From: Octopus sinensis
Taxonomy: Eukaryota
Direction: 5' to 3'
DNA: 64,000 bases
Assembly: GCF_006345805.1 (NCBI RefSeq)
Contig: NC_042997.1
Coordinates: 196,788,001-196,852,000 of the forward strand
The position numbers and the translations under genes are program-made. This document shows, in pieces, positions 26,469 to 38,343 of the stretch. A model generated the notes under the pieces. The model did not search any database, was not told the DNA's origin, and worked only from the letters and a program-made list of their open reading frames with translations. Position 1 is the stretch's first letter; every line of letters begins with the position of its first letter.

Positions 26469-26759
26469 CTGTATGGTGAGCGAGGTAATTAAGTAGAATA
26501 TAGATTCACAGATTATACGTTCTCTCTTCACTCTCCTTACACACTGACCCACAAACATGCACACACATACACAAGCATGTATATGTTAATATATATATAT
26601 TCAAAGTAAGCAACAAGAATATCTTCGGTAATTTGGTACTTTGATTATAATCACCCCATGGATTTATATGGATAACACCGTACAAAATTCTGGTGCGTCT
26701 GACTTAAGTACCATATTCATTTGAATGTAAATTTTGCTGAACTTATATATATTCATTCA

Positions 26760-27112
26760 CACATGATGGCTGTCCACTCGTGACCGAGGAAGACCATTGC
26801 TGACCTTCAGGAACATTGTGCTCTCTAGGACCAACATATATTTTGCACTTGCTGCTCCGTTGGTGGCGAATAAGCCCTGATCTTGACAAGCATACACGAC
26901 TGCAAACATTGCAAACCAAGCCTTCCCCATTCACTATGCTAGTAGCGCGCTTTCGAGCAGCACGCTTAAGTTCTTTATGCAGAATATTTGCTCTCTCAAA
27001 AGTGTCAACCCTGTCCTTGACCTGTTTCCACCATCTGTGGCGATGCTAGGCATTGTTCTCCCAGTCAGTCTCCTGAATATCACAGGCCTTTAATGAGGAC
27101 TTAGCACATACA
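26760..27112 (-). pseudogene. RTE (BovB-like) LINE 3' end with C-terminal CCHH-type motif
   Basis: LKSSLKACDIQETDWENNA*HRHRWWKQV...FE...KRAARKR...VCNVCSRVCLSRSGLIRHQR; 3' UTR ggtcttcctcggtcacgagtggacagcc. Confidence 0.88.
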
Positions 27113-27164
27113 TACACATACATTTGTATGTATACACACATTCTTTTAATAATTCTGTTATTTG

Positions 27165-27376
27165 TTGTAGTAATTTCAATGTGGCCATGCAGGAGCAACG
27201 CCCGTGGTTGAACAAATCAACCCCAGGACTTATTCTTTGGAAGCCTAGTACTTAATCTGTCGGTCGCTTTTGCCGAACCGCTAAGTTACGGGGGACGTAA
27301 ACACAGCATCATCGGTTGTCAAACGGTGCTGGGGGGACAAACACAGACACATATGCATATATATACATACATACAG

Positions 27377-27421
<45 letters not shown>

Positions 27422-27573
27422 GACGTGCTTCTTTCAAATCCACTCACTAGGCTTGGATCGGCCCAAGGCAATAGTAAAAGAAGACACTTGAGCAAGTTGC
27501 CACGCAGTGAGATTGAATCCGAAGCCATGTGGTTGGAAAGCAAGCTGCTTACCACACAGCCACGCATGTGCCT
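27165..27573 (-). mobile_element. SINE family A
   Basis: Colinear with 6241-6632 on the minus strand, internal (TA)n. Confidence 0.88.
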
Positions 27574-27941
27574 GTGCATGAGTAGCATGTAGGGAACTAG
27601 CAGTGGTACGAAAGATACCGGGAAGGAGAGAGAGAGAGAGAGAGAGAGACAAAGAGAGTTCTTGAAACAAGGCACAGTTTTCTCGATTATGGACCAGCAT
27701 AATCCTCAGACACCTCAATGGATCTTGAAATTTAAAGTAGCGTCAGATACCGTCCTTTGTATAAATACATATTTACGCTTTACATCATGAATCGAGTACT
27801 TTTATCTCGTTTTTTTTCATTATAAACAACTCACAAATCATAGATGCACATACACACATAGAGGCACACACTCACTTACACACACACATTCACGTGTTTG
27901 TGTATTGTTTTATAAACTAATAATAGAAAGGGGAATGCTAC

Positions 27942-28325
27942 GAGCTGGCAGAAACATTAGCACGCCGGGCGAAATGCGTTCTGAGTTCAAATTCCGCCGA
28001 GGTCGACTTTGCCTTTCATCCTTTCGGGGTCGATAAATTAAGTACCAGTTACGCACTGGGGTCGATGTAATTGACTTAATCCGTTTGCCTGTCCTTGTTT
28101 GTCCTCTCTGTGCTTAGCCCCATGTGGGTAGTAAAGAAATAGGCATTTCGTCTGCCGCTACGTTCTGAGTTCAAATTCCGCCGAGGTCACCTTTACATTT
28201 CATCCTTTCGGGCTCGATAATTTAAGTACCATTTGCATACTGGAGTCGATCTAATCGACTGGCCCCCTCCCCCAAAATATCGGTGCTTGAGCCTTGAGTA
28301 GAAAAGAATAATAGAAAGGGGCCAA
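27942..28325 (+). mobile_element. SINE family B, two-module (dimeric) copy
   Basis: gttctgagttcaaattccgccgaggtc occurs twice about 190 bp apart, followed by a gactggccccctcc...agtagaaaagaataata tail. Confidence 0.9.
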
Positions 28326-28377
28326 TATCTATGATATCTGCAGATTTTCTTAGTGTACTGAAATAAGGCAATTTTAA

Positions 28378-28596
28378 TCTTATTTCTTTCAGTCATATGA
28401 CTGCGGCCATGCCAGAACACCACCTTTAGTCCAACAAATCGGCTCTAGGACTTATTCTTTGCAAGTCTAGTACTGATCCTATCGGTCTCTATTGCCGAAC
28501 CGCTAGGTTACGGGGACGTAAACACACCCACATCAGTCGTCAAGCGATTGTGGGGGTCAAACACAGACGCACAAATACACACACACACACGTGTAT

Positions 28597-28644
<48 letters not shown>

Positions 28645-28806
28645 GATGGGCTTCTTTCAGATTCCGTCTACCAAATCCACTCACAAGGCTTTGATTGGCA
28701 CTAGACTATAGATTAAGACACATGCCCAGAGTGTCATGCAGAGGGATAGAACGCAGAACCATGTGGTTGAGAAGCAAGCTTCTTACCACACAGCCACTCC
28801 TGCGTC
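28378..28806 (-). mobile_element. SINE family A, full-length
   Basis: cagtcatatgactgcggccatgc ... cttaccacacagccactcctgcg. Confidence 0.9.
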
Positions 28807-29789
28807 TATTTATTGTAATATATTCATAACATCATTCCAATACATATATTTAAAAAAGAGTAATACAAAACCATGGACATGAATAAACCTTTACACTATC
28901 ACAAACAAAGCACCAATCTTTTAATTCCAAGCATTTACCGATTTATGTTCTAATGCTAAACTAAAAACCAAAGACTTTACTGTGTGATTTGACATATTTT
29001 CGTTACAACTATTCCAAAATATTTTTATTTCCATTTTTCCAAGTTGAAATTTGTCATATCATAACTAAATTCTCAATAAAATGCCACAGATGTTGATTTT
29101 CATTTTAAATGTTCTCTTCCTTACTCTTTCTTCTTTCCTCATTTCGGTATATCATCTTAATGTTTTTATGGCAAACTTATCTAAATTTGTTCCATTTTAA
29201 ATTTTCAAATTCTTTTTACCTCTGTCAAACTGTTTGATGTGCTAACGTATTCAATATTTTTGAGCTGGCAAACTTTACTTTATTTTCTCGAACTATTTTC
29301 TAAATATACATATATTTTTTTTTGTCATAGGAATGTTTCAGAATTTTGATTTATTCCAATATGTGTTCGATATTTTTTGACCTTATATACTTTATATCAA
29401 AGAATAACTCTTAAATATATTGGTTTTATATATTAAAATTTTTAAACATTTGCGCATCTCATTTTTACCTTCAACTACATAATTATATCTCATATATCTC
29501 ACTACATAATGTTTGCCGTTATATAATTCCCGATGATATCATTTCACTATTTCTTATATACAATACTAATACAAACAGGTTCTCATATATTGATTTTCAA
29601 AAGTTGTATTTATAATGACTTTTCACAAAATATTTATGACATTTAAATCAGATACTCTTCTGTATAATTGAACAAAGAATACTTTTGTAGCCTAATTTTG
29701 AGGAAAATATTTAAAAAATGGGTCACCACTAGAAAAATAAGTCTCTCGATGTAAAATCTTCTCACACAAATTACAGCGGTTTCAAAAGT

Positions 29790-30365
29790 TGGCACAAAGC
29801 CAGCAGTTTTACGGGAGTGCTAAGTCGATTACATCGACCTCGGTTCTGCACTGGCACTTATTCTATCGACTCTGAAGTATAAAAGGTATACTCTTTTACT
29901 CTTTTACTTGTTTCAGTCATTTGACTGCGGCCATGCTGGAGCACCGCCTTTAGTCGAGCAAATCGACCCAGGGACTTATTCTTTGTAAGCCCAATACTTA
30001 TTCTATCGGTCTCTTTTGCCGAACCGCGTTGTCAAGCAATGCTAGGGGGACAAACACAGACACACAAACACACACACACACACATATATATATTATATAT
30101 ATATATTTACATATATACGACGGGCTTCTATCAGTTTCCGTCTACCAAATCCACTCACAAGGCTTTGGTCGGCCTGAGGCTATAGTTGAAGACACTTGCC
30201 CAAGGTGCCACGTAGTGGGACTGAACCCGGAACCATGTGATTGGTAAGCAAAATACTTACCACACAGCCACTCCTGCGCCTATGTAGTCAACCTTCGCGG
30301 CATTTGAACTCATAAAGTGCCGCAAAGCATGTTTGTCCGGCGTAATAACAATTCTGCCAGCTTGA
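29790..30365 (-). mobile_element. Old SINE family B copy split by a family A insertion
   Basis: B blocks on both sides: catcgacc...ctatcgactctgaagtataaaaggta | tgtagtcaaccttcgcggcatttgaactc...ttctgccagct. Confidence 0.7.
29889..30282 (-). mobile_element. SINE family A, near full-length
   Basis: tactcttttactcttttacttgtttcagtc ... cacacagccactcctgcgcc. Confidence 0.93.
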
Positions 30366-30413
30366 CGTCTTATACTTTCAAGTAATATCAAAAACTATTG
30401 TAAAGAACAATTA

Positions 30414-30841
30414 CTGGTCGTCGTAGACTTACGACCGATCAACTTTACGACGATTGGCGCGCCTGCTCCCGGCAGCAATTATAAATAGTCCAGCTGAAAT
30501 CTAATGGGTTTAATTCCTTAGAAATTAATGCGTCTACGGATGATGTCAACTAACAAACGCTTCCCCTAGTTTTCGTTATCGATCGCCACTGTATTGGATG
30601 ACTATCCTGTCGCGGAGACATCGAGGCAACCTCGTATTTGTTTATATGACCACTGCTTGAAACTCCGAAATTTTTGACTAACGCTAGTATAATAGTATAA
30701 TACAGAATGCTGTGTGTGCTTTTTACCCGAGAATGTACTCCAAAAATGTAGAAATATAAAATAAAGCTATGTAGGCCTATAAGCTGACTTACGACCAAAT
30801 CGACCTTTGACCAATTGTGGTTGTAAGCCGACGACGACCTG
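30414..30841. mobile_element. Non-autonomous Tc1/mariner (pogo/Tigger-type) MITE, 428 bp
   Basis: Imperfect TIRs ctggtcgtcgtagacttacgacc / ggttgtaagccgacgacgacctg; TA on both sides (30412-30413, 30842-30843). Confidence 0.8.
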
Positions 30842-31065
30842 TATATACATAAAATATAAGTCCGTATATTTATATCACATAAAAAGTTGTCAGTCTAATC
30901 TGAGTTTTGCTCCAGGATGGGCTGTTCACGAGCCTGGGTTGAAATTCAGAGCTGGATGCCAACCTTTTATATAGAAAGCATATCTTATCACTCCAACCAA
31001 CGTATTGAGTTCTATACCAGATAGTGTCTTCATAATGTAAAATATATTTCAATATACTTTACAAC

Positions 31066-31103
<38 letters not shown>

Positions 31104-31251
31104 GTTGTACACACACACACATACACACATATATATATATATATGCATATAGGTATGTATGTGTGTTAGTATGAATATATGTATTGTTGCAATGTTATTA
31201 CTCCGAATTTGCTTGATGAATTAAGAGATAACCTCTCTTTTGTTTTTCCAG

Positions 31252-31277
31252 TCACCGTACGATGACTGCAGTTCACC
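31252..31277 (+). other. Candidate 26-nt micro-exon
   Basis: ctcttttgtttttccag|tcaccgtacgatgactgcagttcacc|gtaagt; splice-signal evidence only. Confidence 0.25.
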
Positions 31278-31567
31278 GTAAGTAAATTGTGGACGGGGAG
31301 TATGCAAATACATGTACAGATGTAGACATACGCACATATATAGATCTATACACACACACATTCTCTCCCTCTCTCTCTCACGGACACAAAAACTCATACG
31401 TTTGTGTATGTTCAAAATTATCGAACATGTGGATGATGCCGTGAGAACGAGGTCTAACTAGTAGTTCAACGCTTATTGAAAAATTCAAAATGTTCGAGAT
31501 TCTTTGACTATGTAGTCAGAAGATGTAGACACCGTATCAGCACTCCTCACAGGAGCCAGAAGAAATT

Positions 31568-33126
31568 GTCAGAGAGGTGAATATGACGGCTGGAGGTCTG
31601 AACCAGATCTCGGTTACTATAAATGTCAGAGAGGTGAATGTAAGGTCTGGAGGTCTGAAACAGTCCTCGGTTACTATAACTTTCAGAGAGGTGAATGTGA
31701 CGGCTGGAGGTCTGAACCAGATCCCGGTTACTATAAATGTCAGAGAGGTGAATGTGACGGCTGGAGGTCTGAACCAGATCTCGGTTACTATAAATGTCAG
31801 AGAGGTGAATGTGACGGCTGGAGGTCTGAACCAGATCTCGGTTACTATAACTGTCAGAGAGGTGAATGTGACGGTTGGAGGTCTGAACCAGATCTCGGTT
31901 ACTATAAATGTCAGAGAGGTGAATGTGGCGGTTGGAGATCTGGAGGTCTGAACTAGTTCTCGGTTACTATAACTGTCAGAGAGGTGAATGTGACGGTTGG
32001 AGGTCTGGAGGTCTGAACCAGTTCTCGGTTACTATAACTGTCAGAGAGGTGAATGTGACGGTTGGAGGTCTGAACCAGATCTCGGTTACTATAAATGTCA
32101 GAGAGGTGAATGTGGCGGTTGGAGATCTGGAGGTCTGAACTAGTTCTCGGTTACTATAACTGTCAGAGAGGTGAATGTGACGGTTGGAGGTCTGGAGGTC
32201 TGAACCAGTTCTCGGTTACTATAACTGTCAGAGAGGTGAATGTGACGGTTGGAGGTCTGAACCAGATCTCGGTTACTATAAATGTCAGAGAGGTGAATGT
32301 GACGGCTGGAGGTCTGAACCAGATCTCGGTTACTATAAATGTCAGAGAGGTGAATGTGGCGGTTGGAGATCTGGAGGTCTGAACTAGTTCTCGGTTACTA
32401 TAACTGTCAGAGAGGTGAATGTGACGGTTGGAGGTCTGGAGGTCTGAACCAGTTCTCGGTTACTATAACTGTCAGAGAGGTGAATGTAAGGTCTGGAGGT
32501 CTGAAACAGTCCTCGGTTACTATAACTTTCAGAGAGGTGAATGTAAGGTCTGGAGGTCTGAACCAGTTCTCGGTTACTATAACTGTCAGAGAGGTGAATG
32601 TGGCGGTTGGAGATCTGGAGGTCTGAACTAGTTCTCGGTTACTATAACTGTCAGAGAGGTGAATGTGACGGTTGGAGGTCTGGAGGTCTGAACCAGTTCT
32701 CGGTTACTATAACTGTCAGAGAGGTGAATGTGGCGGTTGGAGATCTGGAGGTCTGAACTAGTTCTCGGTTACTATAACTGTCAGAGAGGTGAATGTGACG
32801 GTTGGAGGTCTGGAGGTCTGAACCAGTTCTCGGTTACTATAACTGTCAGAGAGGTGAATGTAAGGTCTGGAGGTCTGAACCAGTTCTCGGTTACTATAAC
32901 TGTCAGAGAGGTGAATGTGGCGGTTGGAGATCTGGAGGTCTGAACTAGTTCTCGGTTACTATAACTGTCAGAGAGGTGAATGTGACGGTTGGAGGTCTGG
33001 AGGTCTGAACCAGTTCTCGGTTACTATAACTATCAGAGAGGTGAATGTAAGGTCTGGAGGTCTGAAACAGTCCTCGGTTACTATAACTTTCAGAGAGGTG
33101 AATGTGACGGCTGGAGGTCTGAACCA
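31568..33126. repeat. Higher-order minisatellite, 25 full + 1 partial units of 57 or 65 bp
   Basis: Unit gtcagagaggtgaatgtgacggctggaggtctgaaccagatctcggttactataaat; 65-bp variants carry an extra 8-bp ggaggtct/ggagatct. Confidence 0.97.
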
Positions 33127-33700
33127 CTATTACCCGTTCCAGCTGAGTTCGGAAGAACTCGAGCGGTAATCTGTTGATCATGAATAGAAAAGTGCTCGAC
33201 TCAGGAATGCAGTGCTCTAAATTGTTTGTGAACAAGGGCAATAGTTGTCTTAGATATTAGACAATGAATCAAAGTGAAACAGAAACTAAACAGGAATTAA
33301 CGAAAGCATTTCAACTGAAAACGATAGATTCGCACCAAGAACATTGACGTTAACGTAATTTTGACACGAGTCAATTCATTTAATTTAAACTTCAAATACC
33401 GCCGATAGAGCTGATTCTTCACTATTATAAATGTGGTAGGAAACCAGTAATAGGTGTTGGTGTGTGATTAAAGCAGAAAATAATGGAAATTTATGATTTA
33501 CTAGAAAGAAGTCAGCGACAGAAAATAAGTAAATAGATAAGAAATAGATTACCGTATTATGTAATGATATGAGTACAATGTAACAAGTAGAAGCAAGACT
33601 AGTTCGTGTAAAGGTGATTGAGGGTAAATAAGAATTGCTTTTGGTTTGTGATTAGAGGATTAGAAAGTGGATTTTCACACCATTCAGTGAGTAAATCCTG
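33127..33700 (+). pseudogene. Degenerate RTE-type LINE N-terminus / AP-endonuclease start
   Basis: IVVLDIR / MNQ...KQELTKAFQLKTIDSHQEH resembles the EN motif I region (xxFNxRT...EL...IDIxxxQEH) of RTE elements; stops and frameshifts present. Confidence 0.45.
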
Positions 33701-34323
33701 ATAAGCCAAGAACATTTACAAGCTCTGACTTTTAAGTATCATATTATTTCTGTTTTACGAGAACCGAGTTAATAACTACGTAATAAAGTTTCTGATTGTC
33801 ATTACTGTCTTTGGATATTGAGCCGCTTTGCGTCTGTGAGAATGGAAGCGAGACGAGAAACTGGGGAAAATGAAAGTAGAAACGGAACAGCTGAGCGCGG
33901 TTCAACATCCGGCATGTGAAGAGTTAAATCGACTTTAACAGAAATTAGTTTAAGATGCGTTTAGCTGAAATGCTGAATGACAAAGAGTGGGAAATATCCG
34001 TATACATATAATGATGGAAAATGCACGCATGAATTTTGGAATGTTGAGATAATAGATCTGTATTCACCTCTCAAACCTCGTGATTTTATTTAATGATTAT
34101 TATTTAGATCACGTGGAAATAAGTACTACTTGTATATCCTGCATTTCGGTTGAATGGACGTAATTAAAATTAAATTAGTATGTGAGCTGCATTAAATTAC
34201 TAGGTGAGATTTTTTGCAAAAAGTGCCTGCAATCACTTCTACAGCTTGGTTCTGGAAATCCATATTCTACTTCATATATATACATATATATATATACGAG
34301 AAAGAAGCAACAAGAATGGATAG

Positions 34324-34419
34324 GTTTTTAGTACGATCGTTTCATACAAGGACAGGTTTTATTAAAAGTTGCAAAGATTACAGCATATAAACGAGTCCCG
34401 TACTCATCAGCTAAAATAC
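34324..34419 (-). ncRNA. Type I hammerhead ribozyme in the PLE 3' end
   Basis: gtattttag CTGATGA G TAC GGGAC-[41 nt]-GTCCT T GTA T GAAAC GATC GTA ctaaaaac; predicted cleavage between 34332 and 34331. Confidence 0.88.
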
Positions 34420-35833
34420 ATGTAAGTTCTCTAGACATCCTAGTGTTTGAGGCTATACTCATGAAGTAATGTAGATAATTAAACAGATTTCTAAAGTTCA
34501 TTAAAGTTCCTTAAAGATGATGTATAGTCTTATCACAGAATTTTAAAAAAGTTTTGATAGCATCACAGAGAAGGTGACCTAATCCATATGAATTTCCATA
34601 GATATGATGAGGGATTATATACTCACAGAAGACAAATTTATCCATTGTTATTAGCATTACAGAGAGGGTGAATTAATCCTTTGTATATATGCACAGATTC
34701 CAATGGTGTAGATGTAAATTTCCAGAGAAATGGAGATGAATTTCATATTCACAGGCGATAAATTTTACAATGGTTGAACACAATGAGGTAGGTACCAATC
34801 CTTGTTATATGATTAGGTGTTTGCCATATTAATCACACTACTGCTATTCACAAGAGGCTGTAGCTATTTAACTCTTAAAGGTTGAAGGGCTTACTAGATC
34901 GGCCAAGAATAGAGAAGGGAATAGAAGAAAAGAGAGAAAATAATGGAGGAGGGAGCAAAAAAAGGGGGGGAAAGGGGGACTAAAAGAGAAGAGAAAAGGA
35001 AACAGAGAATAAGAAGAAGAAAAAGAAGAAAGAGAAAAGAGAAAGAAATAGGGAAAGAAGGGAAAAAAAAAAAAGAAAAAGAAAAAAGAGGGTTCTAGTT
35101 ATACAGTAGAGCTAGTAGACTGTAAGTCTGGTTTTAATCAACAGGCATCTAGGAATTGGAGGGGGAATATTATTCTTTGACCAGTAAACCGTTAATTTAT
35201 TGCTGTTGAAATCAGCTATGAGTTTAAAGAGAATCTAAAGAGATAACACAGTCAGGGGTTAAGGGGTCAGATGCTAAAATCACCAGAAAATACATTAGGA
35301 AAATCTAAGTATAATCTTATCAAAAAGTCATTAAAAATTTACTTATTTAATTTATTCATTTTATTGTCTTAAGGAGTTGTCGTTATTATTCATACATTGA
35401 CCGACTACAGGTCAAATCTTATAAGATCATTTACAAGGTGTTAGGGGATTGTCTATCCTAATGAAGATAATCATATTATCACCGAGGGAATAGCCTTATT
35501 TATTTAATTATGAAATAGAATTATGGGGCTACAGTAACTAATTATAATTTATTAGAGTTATGCTATTTAAATTAGATTAAGTTAGGAATTAAAATTAAAT
35601 ATTACAATTAAGATTTAAAATAAGAATTAAAAATTGCGAGTTTGAAATTAAATAAAGCCTCAATTAAGTAGCGAATAAGTACTATTCATTTCCCTGTTCT
35701 CAAAAAACTGATGTGGATATAAGGAAAAGGATAAAGATAACTGTAATGTGAGAACTCTTAGTTATCTACTTAAAGCAGTGCTATACTAGTAGAAATCAAG
35801 TTATATCTATCTATCTAGTTATGAATATTCCAA

Positions 35834-37290
35834 TCATTTAAAATATTTTAAAGTCTTCAATTTAGCGTGGACACAAACTTGACCTAGTTCGATATGGTTA
35901 TTCAATAAGTTTCTATGTTTACTATGCTTTAGAATTCGTACGTCTCCATGGAGCATAGTTGACAACCAACCCTACTATTTTTATACGGAATTGCTCTCCT
36001 AACTATTTCCCAATTAAGGGTATAATTTTTGTTATTATTTTTGAGTTCCCAGATTTTGTTTGAAAGTGTGGTGGTACCAGCTTTATGACGTAATTTAAAA
36101 GTCGAGATGTGATTTCTAACTCTGGCTAAAAAATTAATTGTACAGCCAATGTAAAAATATTTGTTATTCTCCGTGGATATGGTACATTTATAGATTACAT
36201 TATTTTCCCTACATAGACCAGGTGCCGGGCATTTTGATTTATTCTACACTTACACACAGGAGGAACAACTTCAGGCCTTGGATTATTCCTGGGTAGATGT
36301 TTAAGGTTCCTATTATTTTGATTATCATTTCTATAGTTGGTACTGATATCTAAAGTATTGCTATTATTTATTGATCCTTCCGTTTCATCATTTAGGTGTA
36401 AAGTCCTACCAAGATTTCTTATATTATTCGTAATGTTATTATTATTGTTAGTCTTTTTATCCAACTGTATATTATTGTTATAGATATCACTGATATTTTC
36501 ATTCTCCCTATTTTCACCATTAGCCTTATTTCTATTATTTCTATTATTAACAATATTACTTCTATTAATATCGGCATTGTTATTATTACTATTAATGTTA
36601 ATGTTATTAGTCATTCTGTGGTTACTAATTTCACCTATGTTTTGATAGTTCATATTGCTGTTTTTATTGTTGTTGGTAGTATTATTGTTATTGCTATTGG
36701 TATTCATTCTGATAATATTATTTTTATTTCTATCTTTCCTGGCTAGTTTAATGTTGTTATTATTAATTTTAGCTATTAAAGTGGACATATTTGGGAGGGT
36801 TGAATAAGAAATCCTAACTGTTTTCCTAGAAATAATTCTATGATATCTATGAGAGATAGGGAAATTTTTTTCCAGAATTACTTTGAATTTGTTCTGTATA
36901 TCCGATTGTATCGCACAGTTGAAAGGAATATTCAGCCATAATATATCTTTTTTATAAAATTTAGGGTTCGTAGAATTACTACTATTCATCTCACCGGAGT
37001 TATTGTATTTATTACCATTATTTTTATTTTTATTGTGTGCATCTTAGGTTTATCTACTTCAATCTTATCCGAGTTACCTATGTTCTGGTCAATGCTTCTA
37101 TTTGAATTGTTGGGCCTGTACTCTAGATTAGCGTTTACCGTTAATTTAATTCTACTTTTATTTCGGGTTTGGTCTTTTTTGCTGCTTACTTGATTACTGA
37201 TAACTTCATTATTAGGAATACGTGAGTTCTCCCTATCAACGAATGTGATCTTTTGGTTGTATCCAGCCTTAGTTAACGCCGCATTATACT
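35834..37290 (-). pseudogene. PLE ORF remnant: RT thumb/linker plus GIY-YIG endonuclease, three 1-bp frameshifts
   Basis: EYNAALTKAGY...; DILWLNIPF...FP...ISYSTLPNM; CKCR/KSKCPAPGLCRENNVIYKCT...YFYIGCT..F..R...H...TTLSNKIWELK...NWEIV...CQLCSME...LLN...CVH; frameshifts near 37045, 36240 and 35935. Confidence 0.92.
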
Positions 37291-37505
37291 CGTTTATATG
37301 CTGTAATCTTTGCAACTTTTAATAAAACCTGTCCTTGTATGAAACGATCGTACTAAAAACCTATCCATTCTTGTTGCTTCTTTCTCGCTTATAATCACCC
37401 CACATTACTGTATTGTAAATCAGTATAGTTCTTTTGGTGCATCTAAGTTAGGTACCATATTCAAGTAAATTTTTTAAATTAACTTGAATCTTTATTGCTC
37501 TTTGC

Positions 37506-37573
<68 letters not shown>

Positions 37574-37732
37574 GGTGTTTGAGGAGGTTAATCGAAAGTG
37601 CTCACACACTAGGAAACTTCTTCGCTAAAAAGGTGAGTAACAAGAGTATTTTAGAAAATTCTTTTAGAAAATATATTAAAAAAAATTCACCTTTACATCT
37701 CAAAACTGTATTAAGTAATTCTCAAAGACTTT

Positions 37733-37889
37733 CGCAGGATTGGCTGTGTGGTATGTAGCTTGCCTACCAATCGCATGGTTGCGGGTTCAGTCTCGCTGCG
37801 TGACACCTTGGGCAAGTGTCTTCTACTATAGCCTCGGGCCGACCAAAGCCTTGTGAGTGGATTTGGTAGACGGTAATTGAAAGAAGCCC

Positions 37890-37920
<31 letters not shown>

Positions 37921-38112
37921 TGTCCCACTGCCATCGCTTGAAAACTGAAGATTTGTTTGTTTACGTCACTTAGCAGTTCAGCAAAAGAAACTGATAGAAT
38001 AATAGAATAAGTACTAGGCTTACAAGGAATAATTCCTAGGTTCAATCTGTTCTACTTAAGGCAGTGCTCTAGCATGGCCGCAGTCAAATGACAAATAAGC
38101 TAAAAGGAAAAG
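37733..38112 (+). mobile_element. SINE family A, full-length
   Basis: cgcaggattggctgtgtggtatg...gcatggccgcagtcaaatga. Confidence 0.9.
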
Positions 38113-38343
38113 GATATATATATATATACACACACATATATACACACAAACATACATAATAGAGTATGGGAAATCCGCATTTGCTATACTCCATTCCGTA
38201 ACTCTTGTATACTTTTCGTACACTCGGCCACCCTGGCTGCCTACTGAGGAATATAAAATGAACTTTTTTGTAGCTCATCCTTCGATAAAAGAAAAAAAAT
38301 CTGCAACCTTCCGTCTCAATAAACCATTATAGATGCAGAGGGG

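Larger units (their letters stand above)
34297..37505 (-). mobile_element. 5'-truncated Penelope-like retroelement (GIY-YIG EN+), with inverted pseudo-LTR piece, between (TA)n tracts
   Basis: PLE thumb/linker and GIY-YIG motifs; perfect 100-bp inverted repeat 34297-34396 / 37288-37387; 3' hammerhead. Confidence 0.92.

Noticed and set aside
28870-29700. Long AT-rich stretch suspected to be an L1/Tx1 RT relic
   Set aside because: No convincing motif could be read in any frame.
31568-33126. CRISPR-like array
   Set aside because: No unique spacers, only variant tandem units; eukaryotic context; no cas genes.
31577-33169. Repeat ORF VTITVREVN resembling a cadherin-repeat end (VxVxVxDxND)
   Set aside because: No DxNDN/PxF, LDRE or other cadherin motifs; it is a minisatellite broken by 65-bp frameshifting units.
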